From positions 96,049 to 160,048 of the forward strand of contig MHCP01000015.1 of NCBI GenBank assembly GCA_001816655.1: a DNA stretch of 64,000 nt. Direction: 5' to 3'. Shown here one piece after another: positions 9,428 through 16,680 of the stretch (position 1 is its first letter; every line of letters starts with the position of its first letter). A program made the translations under genes and the position numbers. Source of the stretch: Candidatus Woykebacteria bacterium RBG_13_40_15 (GTDB taxonomy: Bacteria > Patescibacteriota > Microgenomatia > Woykebacterales > RBG-16-39-9b). The notes under the pieces are model-generated. The model worked only from the letters and a program-made list of their open reading frames with translations. It was not told the DNA's origin and did no database searches.

Positions 9428-9457
9428 AAAGGCCCTTGCAGCCAGCGAGGGCCCTTT
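9428..9457 (+). terminator. 3' hairpin of the peptidase cassette
   Basis: AAAGGCCCTTGC-AGCCA-GCGAGGGCCCTTT, immediately before the next promoter repeat. Confidence 0.65.
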
Positions 9458-9463
9458 CTAATT

Positions 9464-9502
9464 CCCCAAAACTTGAAATTTCTATAAGTCATACATTATA
9501 AT
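9464..9502 (+). promoter_or_regulatory. Cassette promoter repeat copy 5 (TTGAAA-18-TATAAT)
   Basis: AAAACTTGAAATTTCTATAAGTCA core intact; followed by TATAATTCCACCA as in copy 3. Confidence 0.85.
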
Positions 9503-9578
9503 TCCACCACAATTGAATATCGCGGACGGTGTCCTCCGAGAAATCGAAGGGCTTTCAAAGAAAGGAGGGATGGCCGAG

Positions 9579-10562
9579 ATGGCTACCCGACTGCCTCAAA
9601 AAGGGATGGCACCTGGTGCTACCCGAGGCAAACCTGTTACCCTTGAGCAGGTTCTCGATCTGTTGGAACGATTGAAGGGGAAGAAGTTCGGGTTAAGGGA
9701 GTTTCAGAGACTCATTGAGTCGTTCGATGTCCTCGCTCTTATTGGGAGCGGAGAACTGACGAGGGAGACGTTGCGCCTTATCCTTACCCCTAATGAGGGC
9801 TGGGCCGCTGGCGAACTTCAAAGGATGCTGAGTTCCTACTTCCCTTTCTGGAATGAGGAAATTGAGTCCTCACAAGGCTATCCCGATGGTTACCGATTCA
9901 AGTCTGCAGCCGGGAAGCTGCTAGCCTTGCAGAGTCTTCACCTTCTCGGTACCGATGACTATGGCAGCCACGTAAAAGAGCTAGCCACCCACTACGCTCG
10001 CAACATGCCTAAGGGAGCCGAGGAGCTTTTAGTTTGCCCGAAACCCTCAAGGGCGAAGGAGTGGGGGTTAACTTACTCCTACAACCTACCCTTAAGTAGT
10101 GCGTTGATAATCCTAGACAGGGCCATAAAGCCAAGGTTCCAAAACTGGTGGAAAGATGAGCAGCTTGGCGACACCGAGATGCTAAGACTCACCGACAAAA
10201 CTGCAGCAGCGCTCGACAAGCTGGAGGCGGAAACACCAGGAGACTACCTAGTCATTCCTGTCCAGATGGGGATGAGGCACCGTGGCAGAAGCGCTCGTAG
10301 AGCTGTAGCCTGCTTCGCCGAAAACGAGTTCGGTCTCGGTCCTCTCGAAGTCGCCTACTACCTTGCTAGCTGTCCCGAGCGGTTCGTCATGTGGTACGAT
10401 CTAGGGATTATCTGCGCAGGTGCCGAATGCAAAGATAGTCCTAAGGGGGAGTTCGACGGTTGCCCAGCCTTCAACGAGCACCAGGATAGGATCAATCTTC
10501 GCTACCGCCGAGCTGACGAGTACAGTGATTTGTATGGGGTGGCGACCGGCTTCCTGTCGTAG
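9579..10562 (+). CDS. Hypothetical protein (GC-rich cassette 4)
   Basis: Long ORF; SD AGAAAGGAGG at 9559-9568 with ATGs at 9570 and 9579; no motif recognised. Confidence 0.75.
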   Translation: MATRLPQKGMAPGATRGKPVTLEQVLDLLERLKGKKFGLREFQRLIESFDVLALIGSGELTRETLRLILTPNEGWAAGELQRMLSSYFPFWNEEIESSQGYPDGYRFKSAAGKLLALQSLHLLGTDDYGSHVKELATHYARNMPKGAEELLVCPKPSRAKEWGLTYSYNLPLSSALIILDRAIKPRFQNWWKDEQLGDTEMLRLTDKTAAALDKLEAETPGDYLVIPVQMGMRHRGRSARRAVACFAENEFGLGPLEVAYYLASCPERFVMWYDLGIICAGAECKDSPKGEFDGCPAFNEHQDRINLRYRRADEYSDLYGVATGFLS

Positions 10563-10594
10563 CTCATCCACCTTCTAACCACAGTTGTTAACAA

Positions 10595-10623
10595 GGCGCC
10601 CGACTCTAACCCAGTCGGGCGCT
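10595..10623 (+). terminator. 3' hairpin of cassette 4
   Basis: GGCGCCCGACT-CTAACCC-AGTCGGGCGCT; homologous to 4942-4969. Confidence 0.65.
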
Positions 10624-10639
10624 ACCATTTCTAATACTA

Positions 10640-10666
10640 TTAGCAAATTTTGGTTGAATCTGCTAA
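10640..10666 (+). promoter_or_regulatory. CIRCE-like inverted repeat overlapping an extended -10
   Basis: TTAGCAAAT-N9-ATCTGCTAA vs consensus TTAGCACTC-N9-GAGTGCTAA; upstream of dnaJ; hrcA is in the window. Confidence 0.4.
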
Positions 10667-10681
10667 AATTCATCACTAGTT

Positions 10682-10851
10682 ATGGCTGAAAAACGTGATT
10701 ACTACCAAATCTTAGGCGTAGGAAAAACAGCCTCCGCCGATGAAATAGCATCCTTTGTATGCGAAAAAGACATTCGTATTTTTCGCGTACTCCCGGATGC
10801 TGCGATTAAGCATAGGCTACGCCTATTAGCTTAATCTTTAAAAAAGCTTAT
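10682..10851 (+). pseudogene. Relic dnaJ 5' end interrupted by two hairpins
   Basis: MAEKRDYYQILGVGKTASADEI, then hairpins 10747-10801 and 10804-10836, then AAA AAA GCT TAT (KKAY). Confidence 0.8.
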
Positions 10852-10869
10852 TATTTTGATTAACTATTT

Positions 10870-11964
10870 ATGGCAAAAAGAGATTACTACGAAGTGCTAG
10901 GGGTTTCGAAAACCGCTAGTGCTGACGACATAAAGAAAGCATACAGAGGTATGGCACGGAAGCATCATCCGGATGTGGATAAAACAGCTGGTGCAGAAGG
11001 ACGGTTTAAAGAAATAAACGAAGCCTACCAAGTTTTGTCTGACGCCCAAAAGCGGGAGGCTTATGACCGCTTTGGCCACGCTGCTTTTCAAGCGGGTGGC
11101 GCTCAAGGACAGCCGGGTGGCGGTTTTCAATATCAGTACGGACCTGGAGTTTCTTTTGATTTTGATTTCGGGGGTTTCCGAGACCCATTTGATATTTTTG
11201 AAGAATTTTTTGGATCGAGATCTCCTTTTGGTAGACAAAGTAGGCGAGGCCCGGCACGTGGGCAAGATCTTCATTTTGAAATTACCCTACCTTTTGAAAA
11301 CGCTGCTTTTGGGGTGACACGAAATATAGAAATTCCCCGACGCGAAACTTGTTCGGAATGCAGCGGTAGCGGCGCAGCAAAAGGAAGTAAGCCAGTTACT
11401 TGCCCAGCCTGCAGAGGTTCGGGACGAGTGAGCAACCAGACACAGTCTATTTTCGGCGCTTTTATGACGATGTCTCCTTGCCCAACCTGTAGGGGTGAGG
11501 GGACAGTAATCCTCAAGAAATGCCCAAAATGCAAAGGTAGTGGAATAGTGCGCGGAATCAAAGAAACCCAAATTAAAATCCCGGCTGGTGTCGATGACGG
11601 CGACACTATCCGTTTCCAGAGGCTTGGTGAAGCCGGCGAAAAAGGCGGTGAGTACGGAGACCTTTATTTAACTATCAGAGTTCTCCCTCACAAATTTTTG
11701 AAAAGAGCCGGTTTCGATGTTTATTACGAACAACCAATTTCTTTTACTCAAGCAGCACTTGGTGATGTAATAGAAGTACCGACGCTGGACGGAAAAGTAA
11801 ATTTGAAAATCCCAGAAGGAATTCAGACTGGAACGGAACTGCGGTTAAAAGAAAGAGGAATTGTGCATGGACAGTCCCGCGGCGATCAATACGTTAGAGT
11901 AAAAGTGGTAACCCCTAAACACCTTTCCGCTCGGCAGAAGGAAGCTTTAGAAGAGTTGAAATAG
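10870..11964 (+). CDS. dnaJ: Chaperone DnaJ
   Basis: J domain with HPD, G/F region, four CxxCxGxG repeats. Confidence 0.99.
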   Translation: MAKRDYYEVLGVSKTASADDIKKAYRGMARKHHPDVDKTAGAEGRFKEINEAYQVLSDAQKREAYDRFGHAAFQAGGAQGQPGGGFQYQYGPGVSFDFDFGGFRDPFDIFEEFFGSRSPFGRQSRRGPARGQDLHFEITLPFENAAFGVTRNIEIPRRETCSECSGSGAAKGSKPVTCPACRGSGRVSNQTQSIFGAFMTMSPCPTCRGEGTVILKKCPKCKGSGIVRGIKETQIKIPAGVDDGDTIRFQRLGEAGEKGGEYGDLYLTIRVLPHKFLKRAGFDVYYEQPISFTQAALGDVIEVPTLDGKVNLKIPEGIQTGTELRLKERGIVHGQSRGDQYVRVKVVTPKHLSARQKEALEELK

Positions 11965-12094
11965 GATTCTTCGAATCCTGCGCTATTTCTAGCTAAGGAT
12001 TTTCCATACTTTTGAAATTTTTGAGCTTCTCAATTCCTCAAGTATTCCCAAATCCTGCGCTAGACATCTTATGCTTAGCTAAAAGTGAACAAAT

Positions 12095-12470
12095 AGAACA
12101 GGGGCGAGCTCTCGTCGTGATTCACCGCGGACATCACAACTAAAGAGACTCGCCCCCTGACCAACTGGTCGTACTCCTCGGCCGAGATGCCTTATAAGCA
12201 CGACTAGTTGATCTCTTGTGCGGCGCCGATCATGGCCACGCGAAGACCTCGCTAGCTATTAGGAGGAGGCTAGCCCCAAACCAGCGCCGCCCTCTATTCC
12301 GATTTCTTCCGGGGTGGGGGTGGTGCCAGCAAAAGGAGGTTCTTAGCTGACCGTTCCCCTTTTTCTACCGGGTGAGGTCTTCCATGCGGTTGTAAGCTGG
12401 AAGGAGGTAAGGCCTAAGAGCTCGTAGCCGCGGGAAGTGCCAGCACCACCCCATACCCCAATCGGGATTG
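12095..12470 (-). ncRNA. Putative large structured ncRNA with anti-SD motifs (no family recognised)
   Basis: GC-rich with no ORF of 60 aa or more; four long stems (12099-12159, 12162-12210, 12220-12290, 12298-12467); most G-U wobbles favour the minus strand; ACCUCCUU x2 and CCUCCUCCU. Confidence 0.6.
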
Positions 12471-12515
12471 CTCGCTTTTATTCCAAAACAGACCAAAAGG
12501 CCTGGGTCTCTCCGG

Positions 12516-12589
12516 TTTCTCGGGAGGGACTCGAACCCCAACCTAAGTGGCTAACAGCCACTGGCTCTTCCAATTGAGCTACCCGAGAA
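12516..12589 (-). tRNA. tRNA-Asn(GTT), atypical or possibly a pseudo-tRNA
   Basis: Reverse complement TTCTCGGGTAGCTCAATTGGAAGAGCCAGTGGCTGTTAGCCACTTAGGTTGGGGTTCGAGTCCCTCCCGAGAAA: D arm GCTC/GAGC, anticodon stem AGTGG/CCACT, loop CT-GTT-AG, TTCGA loop; irregular T/acceptor junction. Confidence 0.75.
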
Positions 12590-12604
12590 TCCCTTCCGGT
12601 TTTT

Positions 12605-12633
12605 ATTTTATTTACTACTCGGTTTATTGTCAA
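12605..12633 (-). promoter_or_regulatory. Sigma70-type promoter for the tRNA/ncRNA unit
   Basis: TTGACA (12633-12628), 17 bp, TAAAAT (12610-12605). Confidence 0.75.
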
Positions 12634-12715
12634 CTTTAGCGGGACTTAAAGTGGAGCAGGGTTGACCAGAAAATACTTTAGTGCTACTATTGGCGTATAA
12701 TTTTAGAGACTTACC

Positions 12716-12741
12716 AAAAGTGGGAATAAAATCCCACTTTT
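12716..12741 (+). promoter_or_regulatory. nusA-operon leader hairpin (attenuator-like)
   Basis: AAAAGTGGGA-ATAAAA-TCCCACTTTT between a TTGACC..TGcTACTAT promoter and nusA. Confidence 0.55.
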
Positions 12742-12828
12742 ACTTTAGTAGGAAGGTGACAAGTAACAGGTAACAAGTTGCCAAGAGATTTTTAAAAATA
12801 ACTTGTTATGCGACTGAAAGGAGCTAAT

Positions 12829-13905
12829 TTGGCACCAAGAACAGAGTTTGCTTCTGCCTTAAATCAAGCCGCAGCTGAACGCGGGGTAGAACCCGAAGAC
12901 GTCTTAAACATAATTAAAGACGCGATAAAAGCTGCTTACAGAAAAGATTACGGTGGCAAAGAAGAAGACGAAATCGAAGTAGAACTGGATGCGGAATCTG
13001 GTGGAGCAAAGATCCATATTGATAAAAAAGATGTTACCCCTCCTGGTTTTGGCCGAATTGCCGCACAAACAGCAAAACAAGTGATTTTGCAAAGAATCCG
13101 CGAAGCTGAAAAAAGTGCAATTTTTTCCGAATACGAAAAAAGAATCGGCAGTGTTGTAAATGGCATGGTCCAAAGACTAGAAGGGCCAAATCTTGTTGTC
13201 GACATAGGTAAAACCGAAGCTATACTGCCCGCAACAGAAAAATCCTCAGGTGAAGATTATCGTCTAACCCAAAGATTGAAACTTTATATTCTTGGAATTC
13301 GCGAGGGAGCGAGGGGCCAAGAAATCATCGTCTCACGTGCCCACAGGGGATTGGTTGAAGGCCTCTTCAAATTAGAAGTTCCAGAAATTGGTAGTGGTGT
13401 TGTCGAAATAAAAGGAATTGCCAGGGAGGCTGGGAGCAGGAGCAAAGTTGCAGTAAGTAGCCGCCAGGCGGGAGTAGATCCAGTTGGTAGCTGTGTTGGG
13501 CAAAAAGGAGTAAGGGTGCAGGCTGTTATTGCGGAACTTGGGGCGGAAAAAATAGATGTAATTGCTTACAGCGATGAACCAGCAAAATTTGTTGCTGCTG
13601 CGCTTTCTCCCGCTAAAGTTGAAAAAGTAAGTGTGGACGAAGAAACAAAAACGGCTTATGTCGAGGTACCCGAAGATCAACTTTCCCTAGCAATTGGAAA
13701 AGATGGGCAAAATGTTCGCTTATCTGCAAAGCTTACTGGTTGGCGGATAGACATTAAGGGAGCAGACAAAATTCAAGAGCCCGAGGAAGAAGAAAAGACC
13801 AAAGATAAAAAGCCTAAAACTAAGGAAAAAAAGCAAGTTAAGAAAGCAATTAAAAAAACAAAGAGAGTAACAAAGAAAAAGGCAAAGAAAGAAGAAAGTA
13901 CTTAA
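12829..13905 (+). CDS. nusA: Transcription termination factor NusA
   Basis: FGRIAAQTAKQVI, AREAGSRSKVAV, SLAIGKDGQNVRL; TTG start after AAAGGAG (alternative ATG 12808). Confidence 0.97.
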   Translation: MAPRTEFASALNQAAAERGVEPEDVLNIIKDAIKAAYRKDYGGKEEDEIEVELDAESGGAKIHIDKKDVTPPGFGRIAAQTAKQVILQRIREAEKSAIFSEYEKRIGSVVNGMVQRLEGPNLVVDIGKTEAILPATEKSSGEDYRLTQRLKLYILGIREGARGQEIIVSRAHRGLVEGLFKLEVPEIGSGVVEIKGIAREAGSRSKVAVSSRQAGVDPVGSCVGQKGVRVQAVIAELGAEKIDVIAYSDEPAKFVAAALSPAKVEKVSVDEETKTAYVEVPEDQLSLAIGKDGQNVRLSAKLTGWRIDIKGADKIQEPEEEEKTKDKKPKTKEKKQVKKAIKKTKRVTKKKAKKEEST

Positions 13906-13944
13906 AGCTTACCCAATGGTAATTTTTAAAGCGTCAATTTATTT

Positions 13945-15423
13945 ATGGCAAAAAATGAAAAACGAGTTACCCAAATTAAGACCAACACAAGACCACCGGT
14001 GGTGGCAATTCTTGGCCATGTAGACCACGGCAAAACTACTCTCCTTGATTACATTCGCAAAACTCACGTCGCTGAAAAAGAAGAAGGCGGCATTACCCAA
14101 CACATTGGTGCTTACCAAATAGAGTACAAAGGAAGAAAAATTACTTTTATTGATACTCCAGGGCACGAGGCTTTTTCCGCAATGCGAGCTCGGGGGGGTC
14201 AGGTTTCAGATCTAGCAGTTTTGATAGTTGCTGCAGATGATGGTGTGATGCCCCAAACGAAAGAAAGTATAGCCCATATAAAGGCTGCAAATATTCCTTT
14301 TATCGTGGCAATAAATAAGATGGATATGCCGGGGGCAAATGTTGAAAGAGTAAAAAAAGAGCTTAGCAAAGAAGAGGTTTTTGTAGAAGGATACGGCGGA
14401 GATGTTGTTATTGTCCCAATTTCAGCAAAGACTGGGCAAGGTGTGGATGAACTTTTAGAAATGATTGATTTGGTTGCCGATTTAGCCGAATTAAAAAAAG
14501 AGGAAGGAAAACCTTTTGAAGGGGTCGTCATCGAGTCAAGATTGGATAAATCTCGTGGGCCAATCGCATCAATATTGGTGAAAAAGGGAGTTTTAAAATA
14601 TGGAGATACTGTTTTTACTAAAACTGCGAGTGGAAAGGTTAAGAGCCTTACTGATTCGCTAGGGTCTCGTTTGATAGCCGTGGAAATCTCCACACCAATT
14701 GAAGTTTTGGGCTTTACAAAGGTACCAAAAGTAGGAGAAATCGTTAAAAGTTTTCCCGAAGAATATAAAGAGGAAGGTAAAGAAACAAAACAAGTTTTAA
14801 GTAAAACAAACTTACCACAACTTTCGGAAGATGAAATCCGTTTGATAATTAAAGCTGATGTGATGGGGTCTCTAGAGGCAATCACCAATTCATTAGAGTC
14901 CTTAAAAGACGAGGATCAAAAAATTAAGATTTTCTACGCTGAGACAGGGGACATTTCCGAAAGTGATGTTCTTTTGGCGGCAGCAATAAAAGCAATAATC
15001 ATCGGTTTCAATGTTGGAATTAATTCTTCGGCCGAAAGGCTGGCGAGTGAAGAGAAAGTGTTGATAAGAAATTACAAACTAATTTATGAACTACTCGAGG
15101 AGTTAAAGGAAGGCCTTCACGCTTTGAGCGAGAAGAAGGTGGAGGAGGAAGTGTTTGGAAAAGCAGAAATCATTGCTCTTTTCAAAATCGATTCAACTCG
15201 TATAGCTGGCTGCAGGGTGGTTGAAGGAAGAATAAACCGCGACGATACAATAGTTTTAAAGCGGGGAGAAAAAGAATTAGGGAGAGCTAAAATAGTTTCA
15301 ATGAAGCATCGGGAAAGCGATATAAACGAGGCTAATGTCGGTGACGAATTTGGGTTGGTGCTTGAAAAAGACCTACCATTTGCAAAAGGTGATATAATTT
15401 TCGCTACTATAAGCTCCTCGTGA
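13945..15423 (+). CDS. infB: Translation initiation factor IF-2 (no N-terminal domain)
   Basis: [32 protein letters not shown]. Confidence 0.97.
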   Translation: MAKNEKRVTQIKTNTRPPVVAILGHVDHGKTTLLDYIRKTHVAEKEEGGITQHIGAYQIEYKGRKITFIDTPGHEAFSAMRARGGQVSDLAVLIVAADDGVMPQTKESIAHIKAANIPFIVAINKMDMPGANVERVKKELSKEEVFVEGYGGDVVIVPISAKTGQGVDELLEMIDLVADLAELKKEEGKPFEGVVIESRLDKSRGPIASILVKKGVLKYGDTVFTKTASGKVKSLTDSLGSRLIAVEISTPIEVLGFTKVPKVGEIVKSFPEEYKEEGKETKQVLSKTNLPQLSEDEIRLIIKADVMGSLEAITNSLESLKDEDQKIKIFYAETGDISESDVLLAAAIKAIIIGFNVGINSSAERLASEEKVLIRNYKLIYELLEELKEGLHALSEKKVEEEVFGKAEIIALFKIDSTRIAGCRVVEGRINRDDTIVLKRGEKELGRAKIVSMKHRESDINEANVGDEFGLVLEKDLPFAKGDIIFATISSS

Positions 15424-15515
15424 TTAATATCTTCTACTGAAGATTACTCACTGCGGAGATTGCGTTCAAGAATAGCTTAACAGCTATCGACTTGAGCTAG
15501 AGTTAATTTATAAAT

Positions 15516-16328
15516 ATGCAAATAACAGCGGAAAATTTTACATTGCTAGCCAATTTAATACAGACTTCAAAAAAGATTTTGATTTTTGTTGGGGAAAATC
15601 CTAGTATTGATTGCCTAGCCGCTGCTATATTTCTCGAAGAAAATCTCTCGGGTGAAAATAAAAGCCTTGAAGTCGTTGCTTCAGGGAATATACCAGATAG
15701 TTTCAAATCTTTTTCAGAAAAGATTTCAAATAAGGCAAGTGCTAAAAAACTAGTTATATCTTTTAATTGGAAGGAATTAGCTGTGGAAAAAGTTTCTTAC
15801 AATTTGGAAGGTGATAATTTTAACTTTATTGTCACTCCAAGAAACAGAAAAATTAGCGGCGAGGAAGTAAAAATTTCTTACCAGGGACAGGAAGAAGATT
15901 TAATTATCGTTTTAGGTGTTTCCGCTTTGTCGGAGCTTGAGTATTTTTCAGGAAGTAGTAGTGATAAGCCAATGATCAATATCGATAAAAGTAACAAAAA
16001 CGAGCTTTTTGGGACTTTGAATTTCGTAAACTCTCAGGCAGATAGCATATCAGCAATTGTTGCGTCTATTTTTGAGAAAGCAAATTTACCAGTAAAACTA
16101 GCTACTAGTGGAGACTTACTAATTTTGGGAATTCGATCAGCAACAAATAATTTCAACAATGTTTTAGATCCGGCAACTTTTGAGGCGGCCGCTTTTGGCG
16201 CCCGATTAAAAGAGAGAGTAGAAGAAAGGGATAATTTAAAACCAAAGGAGGAGCTAAAGGAAGAAACAAATATACCGGCTGATTGGCTTGCCCCGAAAGT
16301 TTTGCATTCGAAAGAAATTCATAACTAG
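15516..16328 (+). CDS. Degenerate DHH/NrnA-like phosphoesterase
   Basis: ILIFVGENPSIDCLAA and MINIDKS align with HxxPDxD and IDHH but lack the His/Asp ligands; usual nrnA position after infB. Confidence 0.6.
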   Translation: MQITAENFTLLANLIQTSKKILIFVGENPSIDCLAAAIFLEENLSGENKSLEVVASGNIPDSFKSFSEKISNKASAKKLVISFNWKELAVEKVSYNLEGDNFNFIVTPRNRKISGEEVKISYQGQEEDLIIVLGVSALSELEYFSGSSSDKPMINIDKSNKNELFGTLNFVNSQADSISAIVASIFEKANLPVKLATSGDLLILGIRSATNNFNNVLDPATFEAAAFGARLKERVEERDNLKPKEELKEETNIPADWLAPKVLHSKEIHN

Positions 16329-16376
16329 CTTCCATCTTGAAGCTACATTTGTTATACTGAAATTGAATTAAAAATT

Positions 16377-16646
16377 ATGTCGCTTGAAAAAGAAGAAAAA
16401 AAGAAAATATTGGAGGAATTTGCCCAGCACCAAGGTGATACAGGAAGCCCAGAGGTGCAAATTGCTCTTTTGACCGAAAGAATAAAAAGACTAACGGAAC
16501 ATTTGAAGGGTCATAAAGGGGATGTTCATTCCCGAAGGGGCCTACTTCAAATGGTTAATAAGAGGCGTAGGATCCTCATGTATCTAACAAGAAAAGACCC
16601 AGACCGATATAAGGGTATAGTTGAAAAAGTTGGCCTTCATAAGTAA
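16377..16646 (+). CDS. rpsO: 30S ribosomal protein S15
   Basis: [21 protein letters not shown]. Confidence 0.98.
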   Translation: MSLEKEEKKKILEEFAQHQGDTGSPEVQIALLTERIKRLTEHLKGHKGDVHSRRGLLQMVNKRRRILMYLTRKDPDRYKGIVEKVGLHK

Positions 16647-16680
16647 GTCACTTGCACATATATAGTAAAATAGTTAAACC

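Noticed and set aside
3989-9502. Promoter repeat as a CRISPR array or integron attC sites
   Set aside because: Spacing is 0.8-2.7 kb with whole genes in between. There are no cas or intI genes in the window and no RYYYAAC..GTTRRRY attC geometry.
12095-12600. RNase P RNA, tmRNA, SRP RNA or a CsrB-like sponge
   Set aside because: No GAGGAAAGUC/ACAGAA P4 halves, no GGGG..CCACCA tmRNA ends or tag ORF, and no SRP domain IV motif found by eye. A CsrB reading needs the + strand, but the promoter and most G-U pairs favour the minus strand.
15424-15502. Small hairpins after infB as copies of the dispersed repeat
   Set aside because: They share only AAGATTAC; the stem sequences do not match, so they are left as unassigned local hairpins.
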